Shown in pieces: positions 1 to 14,399 of a DNA stretch of 64,000 bases. The stretch is from Eledone cirrhosa. Taxonomy: Eukaryota. Where the stretch lies: the NCBI GenBank assembly GCA_964016885.1, contig OZ024742.1, positions 355,074,001 through 355,138,000 on the forward strand. Direction: 5' to 3'. The position numbers and the translations under genes were made by a program. The notes beneath the pieces are model-generated. The model did no database searches. It was not told where the DNA came from and saw only the letters and a program-made list of their open reading frames with translations. Position 1 is the stretch's first letter; each line of letters starts with the position of its first letter.

Positions 1-1056
1 CTTTGATTCCCTCTTTTTACTGTTTATTTTATTGTATTTATTTTTATTTTATTTTTTATTTTTTATTTTTATTTTTATCTAAACATTCCTCATGAAAAAT
101 TAAGCTACCCTAAAAGCCGATGCTCCAAATTTTATGAATTAACCTTACACTTGATAAACTTATATATTAAATATAGGAACATATGTAGACATTATTGGAC
201 ATCATAACCTTTTTTTTTTTTTTGCGATATTCCTTGCTAGATGTGATTTGATAGATAATTTTTGGCTTTGTCTTGTAGTGAACTTGGCAATATATTGTCA
301 ATTAACCTTGAAGGGTTGTTCTTTGTGGTTTATTTTTTATTTTTATTTTTATTTTTATTTTTATTTTTATTTTTATTTTTATTTTTATTTTTATTCTTTT
401 AGTATTGTAGTATTCTATAATATTTTTATATTTTTATTTTTTATTTTTTATTTTATTTTATTTTTATTTTTATTTTTAATATTTTTATATGTAAAGTTTT
501 AATACGTAATAATTTTAAAACATAGTATTTTTAATATGCAATATTTTTATTATGTAATATTCTTTCGTAATATTCTTTTTTAGTTTTCTATTCTATATTT
601 TTATATTTTTATATATTTTTACTTATTATCATTATTATTGTTATCTCTGCTTATAATATAATATATATTTTCGATTAGTATATTGAAATCTGCTCTCTAT
701 TTCTGCTTGATAGATAATCTTGTAGAGTAATCGCAAGAATAATAATACGCTCAAATGTTTATACCACATTGAGAATGTTTTCCGGTAACTTTGAATTTGC
801 GGAGTGAATCAGTTGGATTCACATAGACATATGAATTTTTTAAAAAACTAAACATAAGATAATGAATTTTCACGCATTGTGAATACTTGTTTCATTCAGG
901 AATACTGATATTTACAATATAGTGTAAGTTTTATAAATACTAATACATTAAAACATAGGGTTTTCTACGCCTCGAATATGTCTGGCTATTTTTAAATTTT
1001 TCTCTCTCTATATCTCTCTATATCTCTCTATATCTCCCTTACATTAATACTTGAGC

Positions 1057-1091
<35 letters not shown>

Positions 1092-1572
1092 ATGCATCAT
1101 TGATACACTTACTCAAAATGACCTCCCACTACCTAATTTTTCTATATCTATATTTATATATATATCTATCTCTATTTCCTCTCTCTATATATATATATAT
1201 ATATCTCTTTCGGTCTCTTTACATGAAGCTCTTCGCTTTATCTATTTTTCCATCTCTCTATTTTGTCCCATGCATTTCTTCTTTTTCTTTTTCTTCTTTT
1301 TCTTCCTTTTCTTCGTTTCGTCTTTCTTTCTTTCTTATTTCCCTCTTTTCTCTCTCTCTTTCTTTCTCTCTGTATTTTCACTGCTAGAGTGAACCTCTTC
1401 AAATGAAGTTGATGTTTATTACGGTATGTCGAATATATTTATCTATAAAACTGTTTATATTGTATTTTGTCTGATGAAGGCATAGCATATTGTTAATATG
1501 ATATCCCCGAAATATATATAATGAAATAAATATGGTTTTATAAATATAGTTTTCCATTTATTTAATATTGTA
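1..1572 (+). repeat. 5' pseudo-LTR (truncated by window edge)
   Basis: Matches 3983-5572. By eye the only differences are poly-T length (+20) and one TA unit. Confidence 0.95.
1463..1528 (+). ncRNA. Type I hammerhead ribozyme, minimal palindromic stem III
   Basis: tattttgt-CTGATGA(1471)-stem II containing catatt/aatatg-GAAA(1509)-tatata-TA-atgaaata. Stem I is 8 bp including G-U pairs. Predicted cut after 1520. Confidence 0.85.
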
Positions 1573-1707
1573 AATATACTCCAAGTATTTGTCGAGTGCT
1601 TTTATATCAGTTATAAATATTTACTAGTTGTAACCCAACAATTTTAAATATAACTTTACATGTATCTTGCTCCAATACTGTTGAGCGCTTTATATTATAA
1701 CTGAAAA

Positions 1708-3921
1708 ATGGAATTCTTTAAGATTACTTCCTCTCTAAAAGACATACCTCTACCTAGAAACAAAGACTTTGTAAAACAACTAATAGATAAATCTGACTCT
1801 TTTATAAGGAGAATCAGGTGGCGTGCATTCCACTTTGATAAATTTAATGCAGACGAAAATATCTCGGACTTAAACAAAGTTTTCAAATCTAAAAGAAATC
1901 CACCCCCTAACAAACTTTTATCTGACTTTGAAAACGATATAATTTCTATCATACAAGGGGTCAAATTCAAGAGAAACTTTAAAGGCCAGGAATATCTGAA
2001 AGGCATTAAGGATAACATTGAGAGCTTAGAGAAAACTGAGAAGATCTTGGTGAAATCTGACAAGACCAACAACCTCTATGGAGTGCAGAAAGACATGTAT
2101 AATGGCCTCATACTGAAAGAGCTGAGGAAAAAATACAAGGTAGCAGATAAGACCGAACTTGTGAAAATGAATGTTGAAGCATCTTGTATAATGCATGAGT
2201 TGGAAATTGAGAACAGAACACAACCTTTTGTGCCCAGGAAACCGAAGATCAATATGAAGGACCACAAGAGGAATTTTGAGATTGACCTGCCAGTTAGATT
2301 AATCGCACCTTCAAAATCGGACCTGGGCAAATTAAGCAAAAACATTCTTGACAGGGTGATACTGCAAATTAAGAACTTGGATTATGTATCTAACCTGAGC
2401 TTGTGGAAGGGAACCGGAGAGGTTGTTGAGTGGTTTAGGCAAATTAAATATGACAATAATAATAGGTTTATTCAACTTGATATAGCTAACTATTATTCTT
2501 CTATTACCCCTAGTCTACTAAATAAGGCACTAAATTACGCATTCAAACATACGGACCTAACTAGCAAAGAAATGCATATTATATTATCGGCTAGGAAAAC
2601 TTTGATAGAATTTGATGACAAATTATGGACCAGAGCAGATAGAGATAGCAATTTTGACATAACTATGGGATCTTCCGACTCAGCTCAAGTAACTGACCTT
2701 GTGGGCTTATTTTTAATCAATTCGCTACATAGGAAAATACCTGGTACTACCGGAGGTTTATATAGGGATGACATGCTTTTACTCATTAATAATAATAACC
2801 CTGAACTAAATAGAAAATGTAAACAAATTACAAAATTTTTTAATTACTTTAACCTTAAAATAGAAATTGAGAACAACCATAGAATAGTCAATTTCCTAGA
2901 TATAACATTAAATCTCAACACATGTCTCCACTATCCTTTTCACAAGTTGAATGAAAACTTAAACTATGTCAACTTTAACTCTAACCACCCCAGATCTGTC
3001 AAAAACACTATAGTAAACTCAGTCCAAAAGCGTATCTCTAGGATCTCGTCGAATAGAAAGATTTTTGACGAAAAGGCCCAATACTATAATGATGCACTAG
3101 CTAGGGCAGGGTATGCTGATAAGATTGTGTACATAGATAATGATAAACAAACTAAACAAAGTAACAACTTTTTTAATTATGGCAACAACATTAACAACTA
3201 TAATAGAAAGCATTACAATAATTCCAAAGGACAAAAAAGAAATAGAACTAGGAACATAATTTGGTTTGCCCCCCCTTTCTCACTAAACATTAAAACCCAC
3301 ATCGCTAAATTATTTTTCAAAGCTCTTGATAATCGCTTCCCTAGAACACATAGGTACCACTCAATCTTCAATAGGCATACAATTAAATTAACCTATTCAT
3401 CCACCAAAAATTTAGCACAAAATATTAATAGAATAAATAATAGGAACTTAAAAACTACTGATAATAGCATAAATAATATACAAGTTAACAAATGCAACTG
3501 TAGAGATAGATCTAAATGTCCGTTAAATAACAACTGCTTAGTTAAAAATATAGTATACAATTGTAATGTTAATACTGACTCTAATTCTTTTAACTACGTC
3601 GGTTCCACATCGACGGAATTTAAACTTCGCTATAATAACCACAAGAATTCTTTCACAGATCCAAATAAAAAATCTTCAACGGCACTATCAGGTGTACTCT
3701 GGCAACTTAAGCTAGATAACGTTAGATATTCGACGGCTTGGAATATAGTCTCAAGAGGGATTCCTTTTAATTCATCCTCTGAGACATGTGACCTCTGCGC
3801 AGAGGAGATATTCTTTATACTAAAATCTAAAAATTCCCTTAACCTACGGACAAATTTATTCAGTTGTTGCAAACATAGATTAAACTCAACGTTTAAATAT
3901 AAATTTAAATTTAAAATGTAG
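1708..3921 (+). CDS. PLE polyprotein: reverse transcriptase + C-terminal GIY-YIG endonuclease (737 aa)
   Basis: DKT (DKG-like) motif; RT motifs QLDIANYYSSI, TMGSSDS and LYRDD; linker CNCRDRSKCPLNNNC (CxCx5C); GIY-YIG IVY..YVGST..FKLRYNNH and CDLCAEE. No internal stops. Confidence 0.95.
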   Translation: MEFFKITSSLKDIPLPRNKDFVKQLIDKSDSFIRRIRWRAFHFDKFNADENISDLNKVFKSKRNPPPNKLLSDFENDIISIIQGVKFKRNFKGQEYLKGIKDNIESLEKTEKILVKSDKTNNLYGVQKDMYNGLILKELRKKYKVADKTELVKMNVEASCIMHELEIENRTQPFVPRKPKINMKDHKRNFEIDLPVRLIAPSKSDLGKLSKNILDRVILQIKNLDYVSNLSLWKGTGEVVEWFRQIKYDNNNRFIQLDIANYYSSITPSLLNKALNYAFKHTDLTSKEMHIILSARKTLIEFDDKLWTRADRDSNFDITMGSSDSAQVTDLVGLFLINSLHRKIPGTTGGLYRDDMLLLINNNNPELNRKCKQITKFFNYFNLKIEIENNHRIVNFLDITLNLNTCLHYPFHKLNENLNYVNFNSNHPRSVKNTIVNSVQKRISRISSNRKIFDEKAQYYNDALARAGYADKIVYIDNDKQTKQSNNFFNYGNNINNYNRKHYNNSKGQKRNRTRNIIWFAPPFSLNIKTHIAKLFFKALDNRFPRTHRYHSIFNRHTIKLTYSSTKNLAQNINRINNRNLKTTDNSINNIQVNKCNCRDRSKCPLNNNCLVKNIVYNCNVNTDSNSFNYVGSTSTEFKLRYNNHKNSFTDPNKKSSTALSGVLWQLKLDNVRYSTAWNIVSRGIPFNSSSETCDLCAEEIFFILKSKNSLNLRTNLFSCCKHRLNSTFKYKFKFKM

Positions 3922-3982
3922 TATATTTAGTTTGATTTATATTTATATGAGAACTAGCCGATAAATCTTTTGATTCCTAAAT

Positions 3983-4189
3983 CTTTGATTCCCTCTTTTT
4001 ACTGTTTATTTTATTGTATTTATTTTTATTTTATTTTTTATTTTTTATTTTTATTTTTATCTAAACATTCCTCATGAAAAATTAAGCTACCCTAAAAGCC
4101 GATGCTCCAAATTTTATGAATTAACCTTACACTTGATAAACTTATATATTAAATATAGGAACATATGTAGACATTATTGGACATCATAA

Positions 4190-4227
<38 letters not shown>

Positions 4228-5058
4228 GATATTCCTTGCTAGATGTGATTTGATAGATAATTTTTGGCTTTGTCTTGTAGTGAACTTGGCAATATATTGT
4301 CAATTAACCTTGAAGGGTTGTTCTTTGTGGTTTATTTTTTATTTTTATTTTTATTTTTATTTTTATTTTTATTTTTATTTTTATTTTTATTTTTATTCTT
4401 TTAGTATTGTAGTATTCTATAATATTTTTATATTTTTATTTTTTATTTTTTATTTTATTTTATTTTTATTTTTATTTTTAATATTTTTATATGTAAAGTT
4501 TTAATACGTAATAATTTTAAAACATAGTATTTTTAATATGCAATATTTTTATTATGTAATATTCTTTCGTAATATTCTTTTTTAGTTTTCTATTCTATAT
4601 TTTTATATTTTTATATATTTTTACTTATTATCATTATTATTGTTATCTCTGCTTATAATATAATATATATTTTCGATTAGTATATTGAAATCTGCTCTCT
4701 ATTTCTGCTTGATAGATAATCTTGTAGAGTAATCGCAAGAATAATAATACGCTCAAATGTTTATACCACATTGAGAATGTTTTCCGGTAACTTTGAATTT
4801 GCGGAGTGAATCAGTTGGATTCACATAGACATATGAATTTTTTAAAAAACTAAACATAAGATAATGAATTTTCACGCATTGTGAATACTTGTTTCATTCA
4901 GGAATACTGATATTTACAATATAGTGTAAGTTTTATAAATACTAATACATTAAAACATAGGGTTTTCTACGCCTCGAATATGTCTGGCTATTTTTAAATT
5001 TTTCTCTCTCTATATCTCTCTATATCTCTCTATATCTCCCTTACATTAATACTTGAGC

Positions 5059-5093
<35 letters not shown>

Positions 5094-5566
5094 ATGCATC
5101 ATTGATACACTTACTCAAAATGACCTCCCACTACCTAATTTTTCTATATCTATATTTATATATATATCTATCTCTATTTCCTCTCTCTATATATATATAT
5201 ATATCTCTTTCGGTCTCTTTACATGAAGCTCTTCGCTTTATCTATTTTTCCATCTCTCTATTTTGTCCCATGCATTTCTTCTTTTTCTTTTTCTTCTTTT
5301 TCTTCCTTTTCTTCGTTTCGTCTTTCTTTCTTTCTTATTTCCCTCTTTTCTCTCTCTCTTTCTTTCTCTCTGTATTTTCACTGCTAGAGTGAACCTCTTC
5401 AAATGAAGTTGATGTTTATTACGGTATGTCGAATATATTTATCTATAAAACTGTTTATATTGTATTTTGTCTGATGAAGGCATAGCATATTGTTAATATG
5501 ATATCCCCGAAATATATATAATGAAATAAATATGGTTTTATAAATATAGTTTTCCATTTATTTAAT

Positions 5567-5572
<6 letters not shown>
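3983..5572 (+). repeat. 3' pseudo-LTR
   Basis: Direct repeat of 1-1572, ending tttaatattgta then (TA)n. Confidence 0.95.
5463..5528 (+). ncRNA. Type I hammerhead ribozyme (identical to 1463-1528)
   Basis: Same sequence at offset +4000. Predicted cut after 5520. Confidence 0.85.
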
Positions 5573-5609
<37 letters not shown>

Positions 5610-6070
5610 ACAGAGAAACAGAGAGAGAGAGGGAGACAGAGAGATAGAGAGAGAGAGAGAGAGAAAGAGAGCGAGAGAGAGAAAGAAAGCGAGAGAGAGA
5701 CACACATATAAATATATATATACGAGTGTTCTTGTGATGGGTGTGCTTATGAATGCGTATTTGTTGGCGAATTCAGAAACTTTACAGTATACATCGAACG
5801 TAATTTCATATTCTAAATATGTGTATAAATGTATGCATAAGGCATACATACATACATTTATACGCATATATAAAATCACTGATTCACAAAACTGTACTTC
5901 TCACAGACAATAACTGGCATGCACATGTTTATGCAGATATGTACTAAATGATATCTAAGATTGTTAAGAACGCTATTTAGCTGAAACGCTGAAATAACAT
6001 TTCTTTCAATTTTACACTTAGGTGGTAACTTTAATGAGATACATTCACTGAACCGTTGTGCGTTTGCATT

Positions 6071-6127
<57 letters not shown>

Positions 6128-6136
6128 TCTCTCTCA

Positions 6137-6191
<55 letters not shown>

Positions 6192-6473
6192 CCTTCATAC
6201 ATACATACGTATATATACATACATATCTATAAACAAATATATACATGTATATACTTATGTGCGTATACATATCTATCTCTATAATTTTATATATAGATAA
6301 ATAGATTTATACACGCCTGTGTGTGTTTTTTAGCACGTATATATTGTTACACCCTACAAACTCTCTTCCTTTTCGTTTATGATGTCTTGTCTAAATCTTG
6401 TCAATTAGGAGATACACGCACATATAAATTAACATACGCACTAGAATGCATATATAAATGCATAAATGCATAA

Positions 6474-6516
<43 letters not shown>

Positions 6517-7179
6517 TATATGTCTTTTGTATAAGTATGTCCGTACATGAGTGTCTTTTGGTATATACGTGTGTCCTCCTACGTGTACATACGCATATGT
6601 CTACAAACACACACATATTTTGTAATTGACATGATTTTAACAAATTTATCAGCTAATAGGAAGCGAGATTGTAGGGTGTAAATACCATCAAACAATATAA
6701 GCTAATTCCGCGTTTTTATGTTGTTGTTGTTGACAGAAACATGAATATAGTCTTATATATTTCGTATATATATTTTCTGATTGATCATCCTTTACCTTTG
6801 ATTATTTGTTCTTGGTTTTCTAATCCCTCTTAATAAACAAGTAATCAGATGCGACTCAACTATGTGGAATCGTTAAATTATAAAATATTATTATATTCAG
6901 TTGAGCATTTGTAAAATGATATTGTATGTTTCAAGCTCATACTTAAAAACAAAACTAGTCTGTATATAAAAAGTGTTGATGTCTCTGTACTACTTAATAT
7001 CTTGTTGGGAATTTAATTGAGAAACCTTATTTAATCTACCAGCTATAACTGGTAGTAATTCATATCGTGTTAATTGTTGTATTTAGATGGTAGACTGATG
7101 AGTGTTAATAGCATTTACGGTGTTCCACTGTTTCTGTCTGAGCAAAACATTAAGCTTTTCTCTGACATATGCACCAAAG

Positions 7180-7375
7180 TAATTATTTCTACTTTTGGCT
7201 CACGGCAAGCAAATTATCCCAGTGCATTACTTGTACTTTATTTTATCGACCCTGTAAGGATGATAGGTAAAGTTAACCTCGGCGGGATTTCAACTAAGAT
7301 CATAAAGGGGAGTAACACTATGCTGCAAAGCATGGCGTCCAACCCTCTGCAGATACTGCCAATCCACCACCCTCT
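7180..7375 (-). mobile_element. tRNA-derived SINE, degenerate
   Basis: Reverse complement of the family body (aaatcccgccgaggttaactttacc...ggtcgataaaataaagtac...gtagaaa) seen at 21495 and 58400. Confidence 0.75.
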
Positions 7376-7949
7376 GCACCAAAATATTAAATAGATTAAT
7401 CGTACATTTTCTGTATCTATCGTCGAAACCAATGCAGAAGGTAATTATTGTTTAGTGGTTTGTAACCAAATACGCCATTATGTGACAAATATTTGTATAT
7501 ACCATTACCTATATGAAAAGACAGTGGAAAATCTACTACGGTTAACAAAAAATCAATCGTTATCTTCCATGAGATTCAATTGAAACAATTATTAATTTGG
7601 ATTTGTAGGTATAGCCACATATTATACTATCTTCTTATTTAGAATTATATATTTGTCAAATCAATCACTGGCCTCATATAATTATTGCATTCTCTTTCAC
7701 AACAACATATATAACGTTCTAGACACTTAGTTATTTGTTCGTCAATTCCTTAACAAGTTATGGACATTTGTGAAGACATACATCAACACGATATAGACAG
7801 GCTACAATTCTCTTAGGAAATAATATATGAATGAAGACATACACGATGCGAAAAAAATGATCAACGACTAAATCTTAATAGCTAAAGTGCAGCAAAATAT
7901 CAGCAACCATATTGTATATATTGGTTTAATGGAAAACACATCTGTGATG

Positions 7950-8145
7950 CGAGAAAAAACAGTGCAGAAACGCAAGCCCTCCATCTCAATTTCACTTTTG
8001 AAAAGCATTAGAACTGTGAAACCGGTAAAGTAAATAACATAAATATACTTAAAAGTCTCCAGTTTCATTTTCAAATATCTTTTCCATATACTTTGACCCG
8101 TGTAAGACATCTAGTTATTTTCTTTTGTTTGTTTTTATTTAAATA
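7950..8145 (+). repeat. Short repeat carrying a variant HHR (other copies 8533-8725 and 8900-9050)
   Basis: Three diverged direct copies, each next to a (TA)n tract. Confidence 0.7.
7994..8031 (+). ncRNA. Minimal hammerhead with U3-A8 core (UUGAAAA)
   Basis: actt-TTGAAAA-gca ttagaac tgt-GAAA-ccgg-TA-aagt. Stem II covaries between copies (gcag/ctgc at 8577, gcat/atgc at 8944). Confidence 0.65.
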
Positions 8146-8146
8146 A

Positions 8147-8204
<58 letters not shown>

Positions 8205-8280
8205 ATTAGTTGGAGTGAAAATTTTAGAAAGTAAGTTGACTTTTAATTTTTAAAATTTTCTTATTTTACGTCTTTCATAT

Positions 8281-8310
<30 letters not shown>

Positions 8311-8311
<1 letters not shown>

Positions 8312-8510
8312 ACGAATGAAATGTGGTAAGGAACCATATGGACCATAACGCACCAAAATACTCAATACTTAGGGTAGTAGAGTGGGTAATAGGAACAAGT
8401 TTGACCCCGACAGCAGAGTTCAAGCCGTTTCGACGGCTAATTCTGGTCCAGAATTAGCCGTCGTAACGGCTTTAGCTCTGCCGTCGGGGTCATACTTGTT
8501 CCTATATAAA
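8311..8510 (+). mobile_element. ~200-bp palindromic (cruciform) element; second copy inverted at 18761-18975
   Basis: 117-bp near-perfect palindrome 8389-8505 centred on 8447, flanked by TA tracts. Confidence 0.7.
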
Positions 8511-8734
8511 TATGTATATATATATATATATGTGAGAAAATCCACAGACCCTCCATCTCTACTCTACTTTTGAAAAGCAGAAGAACTGCAAAACCGGTAA
8601 AGGAACCAAATAAATATATATATTATTTTTAAAATAAGACTCCAGTTGCATTTTCGATTTCAACTTTTTTCTCTTTAAACTTTCACTCGTGTAAGACACC
8701 TCGGTTATTTTTCATTTTGTAAAAAAAATCTCAC

Positions 8735-8875
<141 letters not shown>

Positions 8876-9117
8876 GTATATATATATATTTACAGATTAG
8901 AGCAAACATCATGGGCGTTCTATCTCAAAATTATTTTTGAAAAGCATTAGAAATGCGCAACCGTTAAAACTTAAAACCAAAACTAAATAATAACCAATAC
9001 TTATTACTAATTTTTACTTATTCCTAATTAACTATTTTTCACTGGGAACAATTTGTCAGCATTTTCTTTTCCTTTTACAATATATATATATATATATATA
9101 GATATATATATATATAT

Positions 9118-10380
<1,263 letters not shown>

Positions 10381-10830
10381 CATAAAACATGTCTATTTGA
10401 GATACTAATTTCGCTGTATTGTGATGTGCTTTCTAGCAAAAAGCCACCAGCCGTAGGCAATTGACCACACTCCTTCCAACCTGACCGCTGCTACGTAACG
10501 ATTCTTAGCCATGTATGAATGTATTCTTGGCGCGATTACGCTGTCGAAATATTCGATAAATATTCCGTCGCAGCCGACGCGAAGGGCTAGGTTCGCTTAT
10601 TTGTTGGAGATTTCTTCATAGAAGCCTTATTCTTATAGTCTGGTCTATTCGATTTTTTATATGGTTAATTATGCTAATTGGGACTGGAATTGGTGTATAT
10701 GTTATGTGGTGATTCTATAGACATGTTTTATGATATATAGCTCTGATTATTTAATTTATTAACTTTTCATTGAGCCACAAAGTGACCCGTTGCAAAACAC
10801 GTATATGTATGTATGTATATATATATATAT

Positions 10831-10921
10831 AAATGGAATAGAATGAAACGAAATTTCATTTCTCACTCTTAGTACGGCACTTACTTAAATGTAAGTATGT
10901 ATGTATACAGACGTACAGTAG

Positions 10922-10985
<64 letters not shown>

Positions 10986-11394
10986 CAGGCACACATATAT
11001 ATATATGCACGTATCAGTTTACCGAACAATTATTATAATGTTCGCTTTGTTCGTTTGTAAACAAACGAACAGCCTGATTTACGCCGTACAGTGTTTAGGC
11101 AACCACGTCACCTTTTTGTTCAACACTGACACAGGAACGGTGTACTAGTTTCAAGCTTGTTAGCTATCGTCAGCACCGTATACCTTTCTGCCAGATGGTT
11201 GAACGTCCGAAAGTATATACTTTCCTTATGAAAATTAACGGCTGAGCAGCCTAATTTGCATATCGAGTGAGTTCAGTCGGCCAGGTGCACCGAAAACGAT
11301 AAATGGAATAGAATGAAACGAAATTTCATTACTCACTCTTAGTACGGTACTTACTTAAATGTAAGTATGTATGTATACGTACATACATATATGT

Positions 11395-11400
<6 letters not shown>
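10831..11400 (-). mobile_element. Retrozyme-like non-coding repeat, ~1.2 units (unit 470 bp)
   Basis: aaatggaatagaatgaaacg occurs at 10831 and 11301. HHR on the minus strand; octamer at 11254-11261. Confidence 0.85.
11137..11179 (-). ncRNA. Minimal type I hammerhead (retrozyme family)
   Basis: acggtg-CTGACGA-t agct aaca agct t-GAAA-ctag-TA-caccgt. Perfect 6-bp stem I. Confidence 0.9.
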
Positions 11401-11452
<52 letters not shown>

Positions 11453-11544
11453 CTTTATATATATATACATATATATATATATATTATATACATATATATA
11501 GTGACGAAACATAAGTCAATTGCATGAACTCATAATCCTTTATT

Positions 11545-11601
11545 TACTGCTATATATATTTCGATGATGGCCTTTAATAGCTATGACCTCATCAGGTAGT
11601 T
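11545..11601 (-). ncRNA. Type I hammerhead at the end of a PLE pseudo-LTR relic (~11500-12750)
   Basis: actac-CTGATGA-ggtcat...catc-GAAA-tatata-TA-gcagt, followed by AATAAA. Confidence 0.7.
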
Positions 11602-12225
11602 AGTTAATTCTTAGATATGCAAGCTCTATGTTTATAGTGTTGATGGTATCAGAGCCTTGTGACATATGAGCTTGTTAGGAATAATTTAATGTTGTCAGCA
11701 TGAATAGTCTTAATTCTCATTGCTCAGTTTGTAGATGCTAGTTGGGTTGGTATTTGACCTCAAAGAGGCAGGTGGTGTTGTAAAGTGCAAACTATCAGGC
11801 AAGATGACAATAGTTCCATATGACTGATTTTCACAAAAAGCATCCCTGGTCAGATATATATTCAATTGAGGTTAATAGTATGAAATAGATACTACAGGTC
11901 ATTCTTAAATTGAGGAATTTATGTGGAATGGTACAACTGAAAATTATGGTTAGAGTAGAATACTAGAAAATTAACACATAAAAAGACTCATGTAGTTTGA
12001 CTTGCTCATACACTCACACCCACCTCCACATACACACACACACACATCCACTGATACAAATTGAGGAATTAATGTGGTGTGGCAATAATGAAATAAATGG
12101 TTAGAGTCAAATATTTAGAAAGTTTAGAAATGTTAGAAATAAAAAGACTTATGTTGGTTGACTTGTACATACACTCACACCTACCCATCAGACACACACA
12201 CATCTACATACACAAATCCATACAG

Positions 12226-12267
<42 letters not shown>

Positions 12268-12782
12268 GAACAGGTGCATATATATATATACAACAGAGGC
12301 CCCCAAATCCAAGTATAAGGCTGACATAAAACTAGGTGGGTGTTATTTATAATGAAAAGTAAAGTGGTTGTTTGGAAAATTTATTGTTTAGACTAGACAA
12401 AAGTAGAGTGTGATATATACCTTCACAGCAATAGCTTGGTGGCTTTGGAGCTTAGGCGAATCCCTTAGTACAGACATATATACCCCCCATACTGTTATAC
12501 TTCTGGATGCGCGTGTACGTCTATATACGCATGTGCACTCATACAAGAAAGCATATACAAATATACTCTTAAGCTTACACTTGAACATTCTTCAAATCCA
12601 ACCTGGGGTATTAGAATTTCGTTGGGTTCACATGAGTGTGCACATTCACGCAGTCCCAGTATACACACATAATGCACGGTTGCGGGCACTCATTCGTGCG
12701 TATAGTGTTAGTACCTTGGGATAATTGTTCTTCCTGTTTGGGTCACTCCCATATATATATATATTTATATTTATATATATAT

Positions 12783-13015
12783 AAATTAAAATAACAGATT
12801 AAAGTTTAAGCAAATAATCTCTGCTTTCACCCTTAACGGGATCTTATGTAACTAAAAAAAAATCAATCTATGTACGCAGGAGTAAATATTTCAAAAAACG
12901 TGTTTCTGCATGTTTAATATAAGTCAATATTTGCTCTAGGGTTCTTATATAATTGATATATATTTATCCTAATCGAGCCCCCTTTTTGGATTCTAGTCTT
13001 AACATTTATTAATAT

Positions 13016-13020
<5 letters not shown>
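12783..13020. mobile_element. Miniature fold-back relic of the 34.4-38.6 kb PLE family
   Basis: 12783-12900 matches 34408-34525 (degenerate HHR, core CATAAGA, minus strand). 12926-13020 matches the tail 38515-38607. Confidence 0.8.
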
Positions 13021-13077
<57 letters not shown>

Positions 13078-13600
13078 TGAGAGCGAGAGAGAGAGAGAGA
13101 GAGAGAAAGAGAGATATGAGTGAAGTGAGCGTGAGATTGAACTATACTCCAATTTCAAGGTATGTATCCACATTAGAATTTAAAGTTGTCAATTACTGGT
13201 ATGTATATAATTGTTTCTACTAGTGGCACAAGGCCACCAATTTTCCAATGTATTGCTGGTACTTTATTTTATCGACCACGTAAAGAGGAAAGGCAAAGTT
13301 TACCTCGGAATATCCGACATTATAGTTCCTTTTTTAAAAGCATTTCACGCCTAGTTAGAAAAATCAATGATGCCAGACAAGTGAAGTTGTGTTTACGATC
13401 TCACATAAAATCGTCACATGTTCAACACCGTCCTTGGAGGACTGACAAATTATTGATAGAAATATCGAAATTTGAAAAAAGAGCAAATGGGCTAATAGCC
13501 AACACACATTTCATACAAATTCACAGAACTATTCATGAATTAATATGGATGTATCCTTATATATTTGTATTAACGTCAGTTGGTATATACACATAAACGC

Positions 13601-13658
<58 letters not shown>

Positions 13659-14105
13659 GGGGCTGGGCGTGTCTTTGTGAGTGTCTGTGAGGAATTCGAA
13701 CTCTCGCCGAAGCGATGTTTTTTTTATAGTGTGTATATATGTTTGCATATATATATGTGCGAATATTTGTTTGTTAGTGTCTGAAACTTTTTGATAATTT
13801 ATTTGTTGTCTCTAGTGAAATAATAATTATTGATAAACAAGGAACCACTTCGATGACGACCATAATGTTGATGAAGAGGATAACGAGGTTGAGATGGAAG
13901 CAAGGATTAATGAAATTAGATATATGTGGTGTGAATAATCAGAATATTAAAAATAATATGTCAACTGTAAATCAGTGGAGATAAGGATGGTGGATCTGTC
14001 ACTTTTCTAGATTTAAAATTATTTCTATACGTGGCGTAGACACGGTAGTTTCTAGATGTTGGCTTCACCAGCGAATCTCTCTCTCTCTCTCTTTCTCTCT
14101 CTCTC

Positions 14106-14182
<77 letters not shown>

Positions 14183-14197
14183 CTATCTCTCTTTCTG

Positions 14198-14228
<31 letters not shown>

Positions 14229-14399
14229 TTCTGTAAATAACATGTTATATTACTAAAATAGATTGGCGGTCATTCCTGAATTCCATGCAATAAATTTTCC
14301 TTCTACATATATTTCTTTCATTAACATTTAGCTTCAAGATATAACTTTGAAACCTCATGCTGACCAACATTATTGATTATCTAATCAATTTATATTTAG

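Larger units (their letters stand above)
1..5572 (+). mobile_element. Intact Penelope-like retroelement (Hydra-type) with tandem pseudo-LTRs; 5' end runs off the window
   Basis: A single RT + GIY-YIG ORF lies between direct repeats 1-1572 and 3983-5572, each with an HHR. The 3' end abuts (TA)n. Confidence 0.95.

Noticed and set aside
1695-3872. Antisense ORFs overlapping the PLE ORF
   Set aside because: Shadow frames with no recognisable motifs.
1708-3921. Selenocysteine recoding as in some Naiad PLEs
   Set aside because: The ORF has no in-frame UGA and the endonuclease is C-terminal.
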